Translations under genes and position numbers: made by a program
Part shown: positions 37,041 to 50,655 of the stretch, piece by piece
Layout of the letters: every line of letters begins with the position of its first letter
Position numbering within the stretch: position 1 is the stretch's first letter
Source of the DNA: Lytechinus pictus
Lineage: Eukaryota
Reading direction: 5' to 3'
Assembly: GCF_037042905.1 (NCBI RefSeq)
Contig: NC_087250.1
Location: forward strand, 16,494,001 to 16,558,000
Length of the DNA stretch: 64,000 bases
The notes under the pieces: model-generated
The model's database searches: none
The model's input: the letters and a program-made list of their open reading frames with translations, nothing else
Told to the model about the DNA's origin: nothing

Positions 37041-37749
37041 TTATATTATGAACAACCGGGTGGCACTTTTAAGCGTCCATATAAACGACCTAATATCTTT
37101 CCTAATGCGTGCCTTTGCGAATTATCATTTGTTTGAATGGCTAATTAATATTTTATATCTGTTATTGTTAAGAATAGACATCTATCAGGATGAATGATTG
37201 GTACAAATCCTTAATGTTGCCTGAAGCATTTTTTTTGGGGGGGTCAAAAATTATTTTAAACAGTTTACAATTGTGTTGTGCGTGTACAATCACGCATCGA
37301 GTCTTTTGTATGGCTTTTGATGGCGTGACACGATGACCCCTGAAGTTAATAAATCAACGTGAATGATTTTTTTTAATCCGTTATGACGATATGATCAATT
37401 ATTAAATTCTACAAAAATGCTACGGGAGTAAATGGCCTCTACAGATGACATGACAATTCATTCGGCCGGTTTCGAGTTACTGTATCTTGGTAAAATAAAT
37501 ATTGTTATGAACATGAATAATATTTACAATATAATTCTAAAATCTATCGAAATTAGTAGGTGTTCGGTTTAATTAAGACAGACAGCCACATCAACAATAA
37601 CACAAATTCGAACGAAATTAGTATAAATAGATGCTCTGTCATAGACAGGGTTCCTAATAATACTGTCTATGGCACACGCATTTCGTTGCTTCAGTCGCTA
37701 CCATATTTAACTTGTTTATTTGCATTGCTCCAAATTGATACTAAAACAG

Positions 37750-38132
37750 AAAAGGGAGCTGGTTTTCGCATCATCGTTAATTTTCCTGAACTGCACCCAG
37801 CCTTCAAACCAAGTTATTTCATCTCTTCGAAGACAGTATCTAAGGCAATTGCTGAAATGGGATTGACGGCCAAAGTGAATAGCGTGCGGACCAACGTAGA
37901 CTTCTCATGTGTGTTCGACGATAATGATGCTGAAGGCGATGATCTGTTGGACCTGTTTACGGGGGTAATGGATTTCCGAAGAACAGCACCAGAATCCCTG
38001 GTCGAACGTGTTCTTAAATTCCTTAGACAAGAAAGTACCCCGGATTCTGAATCTGGTAAAACAAATTATATGGATCATCCTGTGTGTGTAGAATGGGACG
38101 CTATTATAGTTGAGAAATCATACAAGCAATAG
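37750..38132 (+). CDS. HNMT-like methyltransferase, coding exon 3 (stop TAG)
   Basis: Acceptor AAACAG|AA in phase 1. Encodes VDFSCVFDDNDAEGDDLLDLFTGVMDFRRTAP, comparable to HNMT [32 protein letters not shown]. Joined CDS is 211+315+383 = 909 nt = 302 aa plus stop. Confidence 0.88.
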
Positions 38133-39794
38133 GCCTATGGGATGACCAAATGCTATTGTGAAAGTTTGATCTCTTTGCTACTAAATTGAAAGTCCTACCA
38201 CACACAACAAGTCTATTTGAATATCACGAGAACAATACAATTTTCCACCAAAATCGTATGCAAACAAAACAATAATAACTGCGCTGAATTTGACAAAAAG
38301 TTCATATTTGAATAATTATTCTGGCCGGTATGGAATTAAGGGAGTCAAGGATGTGACCTATTGACTATTCCTTTAGTCGGAATATTATCATGTGAAACAA
38401 AATTGGATTCCTCTCTGCTATTGCGTCAACATATTGTGAGTTGATTGGCGAGCATATTTATTACCAAGTCTTAAGTGCATTTTATAATGGGAAGGCAAGG
38501 GCGGCCGTGCGAATTTTCGTCTGGGGGGCAAAGCCAAAAATGAAACTCATACGTCAAAATGGGCACTTTGGTGATATTTTCACCTTGAGATTATCATCTG
38601 CGTGAAGTCATTGTGTGTTTTATAATAATTAAGTAGAGAAAAACCTTTTTGAAGTGACTCCTAATTATGGTAAGATGTAGATTTAGGCTTTATTTTTCGC
38701 GAGAGAGTATTAATGAGCGAGCGGCTTGGAAAAAAAAACCAAAGCTGAAGTTGTAAAACTCGTTTTGAGGGTCAATCATTCTTAAAATGGCATTATTGCG
38801 AGGTGTTGCGAGCGTGAATCACATGCTAAAACATTATGGCATTTCAATAAGAAATGAAAAAAACAATCCGAACAGGCTTCTGCTGTCATTGAAAAGATGG
38901 GCATCTAACTAAAAAATTAACACGAGCGCAACACGCGAGCTTAAATATACTGACCAGAAAAGGAACCTGTTAAAGAATGCATTTAGTGACCTCTTTAGGA
39001 TACATATGTCACTAATCGAATAATTGAGAGTGCGAAGCACGAGCTGAAAATTTGTAATATTCTAGCCTGAAAACTAAATCTAAAATGTATACTTTAAAAA
39101 GAATATTTTATTTCGAAAAAAAAAACGGCAACGGTACGTTTTTTTTCCTTTGGGGGGGGGGGGGAATAGGAATTTCCCATTTTGGAAAAATAGAATTTCC
39201 CTGTTTTTTCTTTTTGGGGTATAGGTGCCCCCTGCCCCCCCCCCCCCCCCGGCGGATCCAACTTTCGCTCATAGGGGGGGGGGGGGTTTCACCCATATTT
39301 TCCCCGATCGGCAGCTCAAAGTTGATTTTTTTTTGGTTTCTTTGAAAGGGTTGTCCTAACTGTCAATAATTAGCTTTATTCCTATAAAATAAAGTAAATA
39401 TAACATCATAAGCCCTTTTTAGATAATGCGAGAGCGAAGCGCGAGCTATGTATATATCTGTTTATATATGATGGGTAATATGTTTGTGATCTTCAAAACG
39501 AGATCCCTGTGTGACTAGATAATAACTGCGAGCAAGAAGCGCGAACAGAAATTTTAAATATAAGCTCTGACCTGATCTAAAAGGGACATGTCAAAGACTT
39601 TTTGCAGTTAGCCATGAAGAACGATGCATGTTTCAACCAGGGGCGGTGGAACGTATTTTCCTTTTGGGTGGGGGGGGGGGGGGGAAGCAAAAAAAAAGGC
39701 ACTTATATGCTATTACTATTATTGCATGATATCGTGTTATCGTGTAATGACAACACCGTTTTTGTTACCAAAATGAATTAATTTCATTTTCAGA

Positions 39795-40037
39795 AATACG
39801 AACCATGTTTAATTTTCGGATTAACGAACCTTATTTCGTTTTCGGACTAACGAACCTTCGGAATTACGAACCTCATTTCGTTTTCGGATTAACGAACCTT
39901 CGGAATTACGAACCTCATTTCGTTTTCGGACTAACGAAGCTTCGGAATTACGAACCTCATTTCGTTTTCGGATTAACAAACCTTCGGAATAACCGAACCT
40001 TCGGAATAACGAAGCTCCGGAATTACGAATGTATGCG
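39795..40037. repeat. Half copy of the TTCGGAATTACGAACC foldback MITE
   Basis: Same units and same terminus (GAATTACGAATGTATGCG) as 29310-29498. Confidence 0.8.
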
Positions 40038-40044
40038 ATATATA

Positions 40045-40842
40045 GAGAGTTTAGTTGCAAAAGGGCTTAGGTCCACTTTGGACCATTCTGAGAAAAACCA
40101 TGTTTTTTATTCTCACTTACTGCAATATTCTTATGAGAAACTAAATTGTCATGATGTACTACCCTATCATGTGAACATAAAATTGGGTATAAAAGAAATC
40201 TACCTGTCTTCAATTTTTTTCTATAAATTCTTAAAAAAAATATCATTGTGGACCTAAGCCCTTTTGCAAGTAAACTGAAATGAATCCAATCTATTTTGAT
40301 TAAAAATTGATTTTTCTTTGCCACTCTTTTTCACGTTTTCATGTAAATTTCAAATTTTATGTTTTCATCAAAGCGACTAAAAATTTAGAGGTTTTGAGAC
40401 AGAAAACAATAAAATTTATGAACAATGGACCTAACCCCTTTTGACAAATGAGCTCTTCAGAAGAGTTTGTTTGCAAAAGGGGTTAGGTCCACTTAAATTC
40501 TCCTATATTGCATATTCTTATGCGAAACGAAATTGTCAAGATTCCCTACCATGACAACATAAAATTGAGTATAAAATAAATCTACCTTTATTCATATTTT
40601 TAAAAATATTCTTTTCCAAAAAAAAAAATCGGTGTGGACCTATCCCTTTTGCAACTAAACTGAAATGGACCTAACCCCTTTTGAAAAAAAAAGTGATTTT
40701 TCTTTGCCATTTTTGATCACTTTTAAATAGGAATTTCAACTTTTCTTTGGTATCATCTTATAGAGCTACTAAAAATCTATACATTGAGACCAAAAAATCA
40801 ATTTGATGAAAAATGGACCTAACCCCTTTTGCAAGTGAGCTC

Positions 40843-40845
<3 letters not shown>
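40045..40845. mobile_element. Two adjacent ~400-bp TIR elements (GAAGAGCTCACTTGCAAAAGGGGTTAGGTCC family) flanked by TA repeats
   Basis: Termini at ~40045, ~40459/40460 and 40845. 40680-40845 is the reverse complement of 24791-24975. ATATATA lies on the left and a (TA)n run at 40846-40886 on the right. Confidence 0.65.
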
Positions 40846-40888
<43 letters not shown>

Positions 40889-41119
40889 TATATAATATGT
40901 GTGTGAGTGTGTGTGCGTGTGAGGGTGTGTGTATGGGTGTTTGTGTGAGCCTGTGTGTGAGTTTGTTTGTGTGATCGAGCGCATTTGTAATGTTGATTTA
41001 TGACTCATGATTTTGCCCCCTCTACCTGAAAAATTGATCGACGCCCCCCCGGGTGGAGGTGTACCATGACGGCTTTTTAAAAAGAAATCAAATGACATAT
41101 ATATTTTTCAGTCAATTTA

Positions 41120-42230
41120 TCAGAAGCAAAACGAAACTGCACTGTTCTCTTTCATCTTTTTATAACATTTTCTTTTTGTCTGGCTGGTTCTTTTGATCTA
41201 AAGCTTTGCCAGGTTTACCGATAAAAAAGGAGGAAGAGTAGACATGAGAAAGGTCGAGAGACAGAGAGGGTATTGGGGGGGGGGGGAAGCCATAGAGAAT
41301 AGAGGGGAAAACTTATACGTTGAAATTGTCATTGTGGTTCGATATTTTGTCCTTTTTTGTACTAATCTTTTTAAATATTTGAATGACAATAGGCTTGCAT
41401 TCCCAGGTTCGGCACTAAATTTGTGAATTGAAACTCAATAGTCTTGTTCGGTCAAGGGTCTGGATCAGATTTTGAATAAAAAAAGACCTTGGACCTTTAC
41501 CTCTGCATCCAATATGATATTGAATATAAACGCCTTGATGATCATAACCTTTGGAAGCGGTAGTGCTGTTGGGTATTTTTTTACACCATAAGCAACATCC
41601 CCCTGGGAATTAGGTTGGTATGCTAAAATGTGGAGATTTGACATAAATCTCTGTTATTTTTGGACAGTAGAAAGAAACTTTGTTTATTATCTAATTGTTA
41701 TTATTTTTTGGTATTTATTTCTGACCTAAATGAACTCCATTTAGTTGGAATAAATTTTTTTGTTGTCATTTTACCCCTTCTGAACAAAATCCACTTTCAT
41801 TTTGGAGGGAAAACTTTTTCTTTGCTTTTAAACAAACCAGCACCCCATATCTCTTTCTGCCATCTTTACCTTTGCCATTTTTAACTCCGCCATTCTTAAA
41901 CTGTTAGAAAATTTTTACTTAAAAAAAATCTCGCAGCAGGCTCGAGAACACCTGTAATCTTACTTCACTGTATAATCTTACATGCATTTGTGTAAAATTA
42001 CAGAAAATTGGTATTTGGTGTGTGTAACATTACAAGTTTATTGTAATGAAACTGTTTTCACCCTTTTTTAAACAAACCTGTTTTGTAAAATTGTACAATA
42101 TCTTCCTGTTAAAATAATTTACAGAATGATTCGGTTATTTCTTCTGTAAAATCTGTTTCTTAACTTTCCTTGTGTAACAATAAACTTCTGCCATTTTTAC
42201 ATCTTCAATTTTTACCCCTGCATAATTTCG
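41120..42230 (-). mobile_element. Degenerate inverted copy of the TU-like foldback element interior
   Basis: 41130-41840 is a diverged reverse complement of ~22610-23410, with CTGCCATTTTTAC remnants at ~41855-41895 and ~42185-42220. Confidence 0.7.
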
Positions 42231-42837
42231 CGGCCTGGGCACTGAGATGTCTCGTAACGGTCTTGCGACCGGGGCTGGGCGGTTTCTGAACTGAACTTTT
42301 GTCATTCTGAGTATCTAGAGAACTGAAAATTAGGTCTGAAAAGGGGGTCATCAAAGCAGCACGTCCCCGTACAACCAATATATGTGAGCCCCCCCCCCCC
42401 CCCTGGATCCATTGTCCGTCGTGTTCAGAACTGTGCGATTGCCCCTCTGGAGTAAATAAAACGAGCAAGTTGCTTTCCAATTGGGACGTCACATAAGAGT
42501 GATTTTTGCGTCGCCAATATTTCATTTAGGTTTACGTTTTCTACTCATATGCCAGTGTCGTTTGTGATAAATCGGAGCAAGTTAATTTTGCGTGTTGCTG
42601 ATACAAGTAACAAATAAAACTCAAGAGTGTATGACTTTCAGCCATGGCGATGTCAACTTTACTTCGCCGTTTTGCTATTGATACTTTCTTTACTAACAAA
42701 GGTCAGAATAATAACATGATTCGTAATACAATTTTTACTTGTTAATAATGCACTATTATGATGATTGTTATCATTCATGAATTTCATATTCGTTTTAAAC
42801 GAGACCCGTTTTAGTACCAACTTGCACTTTAAGAGAT

Positions 42838-43090
42838 AAAAAAACAGCAAGGAAATGAAGGACACTAAAGAGGAGGACGAGAAGGACCGAAAGAAGAAGA
42901 AGAAATCGGAAAAAGGAGCAAAGATAAAAAAGGAAGAGAGAAAGAAAGAGAGAAAGAATGAAAGAAAGAAAGAAAGAAGAAATAAAGAAAGAACGAAGAA
43001 AGAAAGAAAGAATGAAAGAAATAAAGAAAGAAAGAAAAGAAGAAATGAATAAATAAAGAATGAATGAAGCACAGAAATTAAAAAGAAAGA
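42838..43090 (+). repeat. GA-rich / (GAAA)n simple repeat
   Basis: Directly visible. Confidence 0.9.
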
Positions 43091-43172
43091 CTAAGCTAAA
43101 CTTGAAACGTCTTGGTTTTGTATACATTGAAGACAAGAAATTATATTTCAATATATACAGGAAAATCAGATA

Positions 43173-43260
43173 TGGTGGCTCAGTAGTAGAGCGTCCGTCT
43201 TATGACCGGGATGTCGTGGGTTGGCACACCGGCTGAATTATAGCCAAAGGCTTGAACCCT
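43173..43260 (+). mobile_element. Decayed tRNA-derived SINE head
   Basis: A-box-like GGTGGCTCAGTAGTAGAGCG and a decayed B-box in GTCGTGGGTTGGCAC. No intact cloverleaf. Confidence 0.45.
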
Positions 43261-44619
43261 AATAATCCCAGGATACTTTCATTATTGCCCTGGGGAAGAC
43301 ACCCCCTCTCCTTTCCTTATAAGATCACGGCCACGAATCGCGAGATCGCGACGAACTTTGCACTATGGTAGAGAATGACGTATTATTGGTAGCTTAGGTA
43401 TCCTCACTAAACTCCTTAATAATTAATAAATTATTTTATGGATGAAATATTATTGTTTATCTAATATACCGTGGAATGCCAACATTTTTTGTGCAAATAT
43501 TTTGAAACAAAAATCCAGTATCAAAATCGAATTTTTTTTTAATGTATTTCTTTTTTGTGTGGTTATTTTCCTATTTATTCCTTGAGCACCTAGAAAGGTG
43601 GATACGTGCGCTATACAAATCCTATATTATTATTTATTTTTATTTTGTTTTCGCATAAAAAAATCCCGGCGAGATTATTATAGTCCTAAGAGTTTGTCTG
43701 GGAAGAAATTTATTGAATTTAATTCCTTTGATTAGACTCATGTTCTGAGTTTATAAAGAAAGTTCATGTGTTGTGAATATTTAAACCTAGGTAAAATGTA
43801 CACGTGTTAGGAATATCCATCACATCCCAGTCAGCTGGATAGCATATTTTGTACAAGTGTTTTAAATAATTATATACAGTTATCTTTAATTCATCTCTGT
43901 GGAGGCCAGGAACTGGACCGACCACCAGGGCCGAGTGGGGCATGTCAGGCGAGAAGAGATGATGGGGGCTCGAGTCAACTATTATTAATAAGTTAAGTTA
44001 TATTTTGTTATCAATATTCATGTTTATTTTAAATGTACAATTGTTGTAAAAGAAAACAACATAATGATTGAAGAGATTTGATTAAATCCTTTAATAACTG
44101 TATTCATCAGTTTTACGTATTCATTATTTGGTGTCAAGCAGCAGTAGGTAAAAAAAAAGTAACTCCACGTGACAGAGTTTAATCTACAATTCATACATGC
44201 GTAATATTTTTTTTTGTTACTGGCAAGAGTCATTTGATTTAAATGTATGATATTTAGGACTAGAATAAAGTCGCCGACTATTTCTACTTTTAATATAAAA
44301 AAAAAATCGGCAAAGATATCATAAAAATAAAATAACAGGCGGGCATCAACATTGTTGGCATATTAAAATAAAATTGCTTGCGCTTCGTGCTCAGGTCAAC
44401 GTTTTAGGTAAATGCACACCATTTTTCATTATCACAAAAACTGCTCGGAATGTATAATTTCCATGCCTTATTACACGTGATTTCCAAAAGTTTGAGCTCG
44501 CGATGCGCACTTGCAACATCTCTCAAGGATAATTGACCCCCCCCCCCCAAACGAATTTTACAACTTCAGATTCGGCAATTTGTTCTTTTCCAGTTCGCAC
44601 CCTAGGTTTAAGCTCTGTC

Positions 44620-46600
44620 GATTGTAGATCCTTTGAAACATATCTTCAACCTTTTACTAACCTCTGGGCAAGTCAATGATAACATGAAAATTGCCATTCC
44701 ATTGTATAAATAGGGTGACAAGTTAAGTATTAGTAACTATCGCCCAATTTGTTTCTTATTATCCTTGTCCAAAATTTTAGAAAAAAGTCACAATATTTTT
44801 TTAACTTTCAGTTTGGAATCAGAAAAATAAGATATCACAAAACATGCAGTATTAATTTTTTTTGAAGTGGCCCACACTTTTGATAATTGCCCATATCTAG
44901 TCGGCATTGTCTGGACTTCTCCAAGGCCTTCAACACCATCAGTTGCGATATCTTATTGCATACACTTTCTCAATTTGGGATGCCGGCGCACGAAGGCCTT
45001 CAAGCGGTTCAGAAGCTACTTGTCCTTTAGATGTCAATTTGTATCGGCCATGCATCCAACTTGCGCCAATAGGTTATTATTTTTATTTTTGTTAAATGGG
45101 GGAGTGGACTTTTGTAATTCGAAAGTCTGCTCCCCCATCGTCCCACTTTTAGTGGCATCATTTTCATCTTAAACACCTTTTTCCCCAAAATATTAGACTT
45201 TGTGCTTTGTCACTTTAATTACCTAATTATTTTTTTTGTTTTGAATATTTTTTTTTTTAATATGTCTGAAGTGTTTTATGAAATGTCGCCCTCTGCGTGG
45301 GATGATGTCTCATCGGCCCTTAAAAGTGTTATTACTGTAAATGGTTTCCCATCTCCTTTGTTACTTAATGTCGATGCAATATATTAATTGTGGAATAACT
45401 CAAGGCATTTTGGTAAGCCCTTTATAATTTATAATCTATATCAATGACTTTTGTAAATCATCTGATGTTCTTTCGTTCATCCTCTTTGCAGACGATTCTA
45501 ATATATTTTATTCCCTACATGAATGAAAAAAATATATATATATTTTATTCCCATACAAATCCATATACCTTAGCAAATACTGTTAACAGACAACTTTTAA
45601 ATGGCACACAATGGATCCAACAAAATGTCTCTTTATCTACTTAAAACTAAATATGTGCTTTTTAGCAATATTCCATTAATACATTTCCCATGGACGTTGT
45701 GTTAGATGACACAAATTTCGAAATTGTCACATTCATTAAATTTCTCGATGCTACCATTGATAGCAAGCTTTCCTAGAAATTTAGTACCTGTAAGATTTTT
45801 TTCGCGAAATATTGGCTTTATCAATAAATTGAAATATCATTTTTCGTCGTCATAACTTTTAATACTATATTCTTCTTTGATCTTACCTTACTTGAATTGC
45901 GGGATACGTTCCTTGGACAGCACCCACCAAACAATTTTAGACAGACTGTTATTACTGCAAAAAAGTCCCTTCGTATTAATATTCATTATTCAGTTTTTCG
46001 TTCACACACAGACCCACTATTTTTTTTACCCTAATAGGCAAATATGGGAATTTCACTTATCCCGTTTCACAACTTTTTTTGCAAAGAGTACCTTTATGCT
46101 CGATGTTAGATTTTGGAACTCACTCGACAATCACATACAAAACACGGCCCTTCCCTAGATTCTTTTAAAAGAAAACTGAAACACTTTTTCATTTGAATCC
46201 TACAGAGGTCTTCATTACTAATTCCCGCACCTTATTTCCTCCTTTCAGACCTCAACTTATCTTAATTTGTCTTTATCATTTTGTTTTATTCTCTTTTTCG
46301 ATCTCAATTCGTTCTGTTTCTATTAATGCTAAGTTCTGCGTTTTACCATCCAGTTTTTTTTATTTTCATTTTTAAATTTCGTTTTGTTTAACTTGTATAT
46401 AGTTTTTTATTGTTCTGTGTGTTGTTCTTTTAATCTGTTCAGTAAGTCTCCGTAGGGTTAGGGTCAGCAACTTTTGAGTCTCTCTCTCTCATTATTGCGC
46501 CCCCCTCTCTCTCCTCTCTCTCTTTCTTTAGGGAGGTTCACATTATGCAAGCTATGCTTTTGAGTGAATCTCCCGTTTCTCCAGATACCCATTTAAATCG
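44620..46600 (+). mobile_element. Highly degraded CR1/L2-group LINE (RT region and 3' end)
   Basis: Scattered motifs in the expected order: GDK..ISNYRPI (~44715-44750), LDFSKAFNTI (~44910), CGITQG...IIYIND (~45390-45450), LFADDS (~45482). Confidence 0.7.
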
Positions 46601-47133
46601 ATTTAAATATACCATATTTTGTATATATCTACAGTGCGTCTCCATTTTTTTTTTTACATTTTTGATGGCTTCCAAATAAAAATATTTCACTTTCATAAAA
46701 ATCAATTATTTTCATATTTTTGCACAGACAATGGGAAAGTCTTTAATGAATACGCATTTCACAATGATTTAGATAGTAGAAATAGATTGCAATCGTTTTC
46801 TGGAGAGTCCGATTGATAATTTTGGATAAATATGCCAAAATTTTCATGTTTTTGGTCATAAATTTGCATGTGCATTAATATATGTCTGTGTTGTTATTAA
46901 CATTAACAACAAATGCAACATATCAGCATTCTACTGGTTAAGACATAAATACTGTCATGACGCATATTTTCTACACGAAAGAAGATGTATCAACGAGAAT
47001 AATGATATGCGTCATGACAGTATTTATGTCTTAACCTGTAGCTTAGATAAAGAGCAAATACCTCAAAATGCATTACTCGATATTGCGGTAAAATTACACC
47101 AAAAAGCAAACCCCCGTGTCTAGTCACACACTA

Positions 47134-49102
47134 CAGTGTGTCCCCCCAAAAAATAAACATTTGAAATGGCTGCCAAATAAAAAAATATAACACTTTTGGG
47201 GAAAGACCTATATATATGGAAAGCCAATAAGGTCAACTTTCAAATGACACCAAAAAATTGGAAAACTATTCATGCTTCAATGCCTACAGTAACTGAAACA
47301 AAGGGAATGGAAATTAAGCTGGGCCGGAATTTGCCTTCCAAATTCTTTCAGGTTCTTTTGTTTGGTACTTGCAAAATTAAGGGTTTTGTGATGAATTAAT
47401 GATCAGTTGTGATAGGTTTGTTGTTTGAGAAAATTTCATGCGTTATTAGATTGAAATTTAATGCATGAGTGATCATGAATTGCAATTTTTAGTGCAGCAT
47501 TTTGACTTTATCATGTGGATCTCAGCAATGTTTTCATGAGAGTCAGGAGAATAGGGGGTAAGATAGGACTTAAGAAGGTGCAGAACGTTGATTGGATAAA
47601 GTTCAACAGAACATTTAGCAACCCCTCCCTCCATCTCTAATACCCCCCCCCCCCACTTCTCTAATCCTGAGCAGGGGCCGCGGAACGGTTTTCAAAGTGG
47701 GGGGGCTGAGCCAAAAGTGGGGGGGGGGGCTGACCATGCTAAAAATCACAATCATATGGTCATTTTTAAGTTTTTGTACACGGTTTTGGAAAAAAGTGGG
47801 GGGGGGCTGAAGCTGAAGCCCCCCCCCCCCCCCAGCCCCCCCCCCCCCCCCGGTTCCGCGGCCCCTGCTGAGAGACTAAGCTCGCCTAGGCTGGGCAGGA
47901 ATTAGTCTTATAGTTTTTTGAGTGGTTAGTCCTTTGGAACTTGCAAAGCTAAGGTCGTCATGCTAAATTAATGAGTGAGATAAGTTTTTGTTTCTTAGGC
48001 AAATTTCATGAGTTACTAAATTGAAATTTAATGCATGAGTGAACAGGAATTGTAATTTTAGTGTAGCATATTCATCTTGTGGACCTCAGGAGTGTGTTCG
48101 TGAGAGAGTGATGTGATGGTACCTGTTACAAGCAAGAAGGCGAGATATGGTAAGACTTAGTTACAAGGGCATTCCTCTTCTTTGTGTCCTTTTACAAATT
48201 AAAAGTCACATGTACCCTCCCCCTCCACCTTCATTTACCAGCCCCCCCCCCTCTCTCTGTTTATCTCTCTCTCTCACACACACACTTCATGGATTGTAGC
48301 CTATTCAAAACTTAACTGCCAAGTGACCGGTGCCCGATGGTCATTTTTTTCGTTGAATGATTACCAAGAAATTTACTGATTATGATGATTAATGAAATAA
48401 TTTATTGAAAAAAACTGAATGTTTTATTAATCACATTTCACATTGAATAGGCCACCTAAGTTGATTTACTGATAAATTGTTGATTAGATTATTGATAGGG
48501 AAAAGTTGATGCCCCGATTCAGAATTTATCATTAAATCAACATTCTGCTCTGGACTTCACGCGTACATGACAATAGCAATCAGTTTCTCAACAGGAGGGG
48601 AAGGCGGGCGGGGGGGGGGGGGGGTAAATGTTCTATTGACCTTTATTCCATCAACCTACTTCTCCCACATACTCCTATCTCTCCCCCTATCCTCCCGACT
48701 CTGCCCATGAACACATTGCTGAGATCCACATGATAAAGTTGAAATGCTGCCCAAAATGTGTAATTTGTGTTCACTCTTGCATTAAAGTTCAATTTGATAA
48801 TTTATAAAATTTTCTTAAACGACTAAAACTGGTCATGGTTGATCATTAATTTATTTGCAAGTTCCAAAGAATTTGCCTCCGAGTCAAAAACTGACATAAA
48901 CTGGAAGGCTAATTCTGGCCCAGCCCAATTTTCATACCCTTTGTTTTAGTGGGCAGTGCTCGCTCAATCATGAATAGTTTTCCAACTTGTTTGTGTCATT
49001 TAAAAGTTGACTTTATTGGCTTCCATATATGTGTTTTCCCTCCAAAAGCTCTATGTTTTGGTAGCCATTTCAAAAGTGTATAGTTTTTTAGGGGACGCAC
49101 TG
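47134..49102. mobile_element. Tc1/mariner-type non-autonomous element; TA TSD
   Basis: TA|CAGTGTGTCCCC ... GGGGACGCACTG|TA, with imperfect inverted arms of ~400 bp (47134-47535 vs 48710-49102). Confidence 0.82.
47672..47867. mobile_element. MITE with CAGGGGCCGCGGAAC TIR and 5-bp TSD CTGAG
   Basis: 15-bp perfect TIR; CTGAG at 47667-47671 and 47868-47872. Confidence 0.85.
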
Positions 49103-50282
49103 TAGTGATTACTGTGGTGCCTACTACGATGCCCTACTAGCTGGCAAAACTTTCAATAGAGTACAAAAGACTCAATCGGTCTCGCCTTGCCTGTGTTGGT
49201 GTGACTACCACGCATAAATGCATGTAATGAGCATAGCGGTAGAAAGGTGTATATTACATATCTGGGTATGAGGGCGAACGGCGTTTTATGCATATCAAAG
49301 CAACGGTATGTTAATGAAACCTCTTGGAAAAGTTAAAGGAGGCATTGCTCTATAAAATGTCGCAAGCAATTACGTTCGGGTACCTTAAAGTATAGTCCCA
49401 CAAGAGCCCGTCGAACGTATCCCTCCTTATTGGTAGCTTGACTATTATTAAATATCTTGCATTTTGGAGCCCCCAATGTGGTAAAATGATGCTTGGGTTA
49501 GGTAAAAAACTTGGAGACGAAAGACTAGGCTTTTCTATATTAGCTACATAAAGATCATAAAGAAGAATAGGGCACAGCAAAGCCTACTCCCTCAGGGGTT
49601 GCCAAATTCACCCAGCCCTTTTTTCGTATTTTGCCCACTTGGAAAATTTGCCATTTTGGAGCCACATTGGTAAATCAAAAGCTCACAAATAAATATTCAT
49701 GGAGACATGCATGGAACTGTATCAAAGGAATAATGCAAATCTTTAAAATTAATAAATTCGTTATTTCTTATCCGATATTGATCAAATTTTCAGCATTTTG
49801 CTTCGTGAATTTTACTCTATTTATAAATATCTAAATATATTCAGCCTGGAATACCCATTTAATTCGACATTATAAGTAAAATTTTCATTAATCAATCACA
49901 ACAGTCCCTCCGTTTATTTCAACATTTTTTTAAGATAAAATGATTGCAATTCACTTTAGTTTTGTTTAATTTATCTTCAATATTTGTTTTGAAATGTCAT
50001 TGAACTTTCGGTATCATATCGAATTTGTATTGTTACTTTGCTCATATTTAAAAAAATATGTTGAACGAAAATAAATAAATCTAAAGCCCCCAGTCACATA
50101 TAGACACGGATCCTCACGGATCAACACGGTAATGTCGGCATGATCCGGGGTGGTCCGGGATTGTTTTGCCCCGGATTAAGCGTCGACGAGCCATGATGAC
50201 TGTACACACGGCATCTTCACAAGGATCTACACGGACCGTGCCGGCAGAGTAGGTCGTCTACACGGATCATCTGGTCGTCAAC

Positions 50283-50447
50283 CATAGGCGGCGGAAGCGG
50301 GGGGGGGGGGGTGTGGTTGGTCCCCCCCTAAAATTTTGGTTGATATCCTTTTTTTTTTTTGCTTGTCAAAAAAAAAAAATAGTCAAAAGATTTGTCAAAA
50401 GAAATTTTGGTGGTCCCCCCTAAATTTTTTAGCTTCCGCCACCGATG
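50283..50447. mobile_element. hAT-type MITE; 8-bp TSD TCGTCAAC
   Basis: CATAGGCGGCGGAAGC ... GCTTCCGCCACCGATG, with TCGTCAAC at 50275-50282 and 50448-50455. Confidence 0.85.
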
Positions 50448-50655
50448 TCGTCAACACGTCAGCAACGCGGACCAACACGTCAGCTACACCAACGACATCA
50501 AACGTATAAAGACTTGACTGGACCGACTGCAATTTTTGTGCTGTAGAAATTGGAAGTTATTACTGATTATTTGCACCGCTTTTTGGAACCATTTGTTGTG
50601 GATTGTTCTCTACTTACTACTACATTCGTTATTGGTATTTTCTTTGGATACAACC

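Noticed and set aside
37560..37749. N-terminal extension of the 190-aa ORF
   Set aside because: Intronic open frame upstream of the phase-1 acceptor at 37749; HNMT similarity starts after it.
43173..43260. Possible tRNA gene
   Set aside because: Only the A box is good; the T-arm and acceptor stem are not intact. Better explained as a SINE head.
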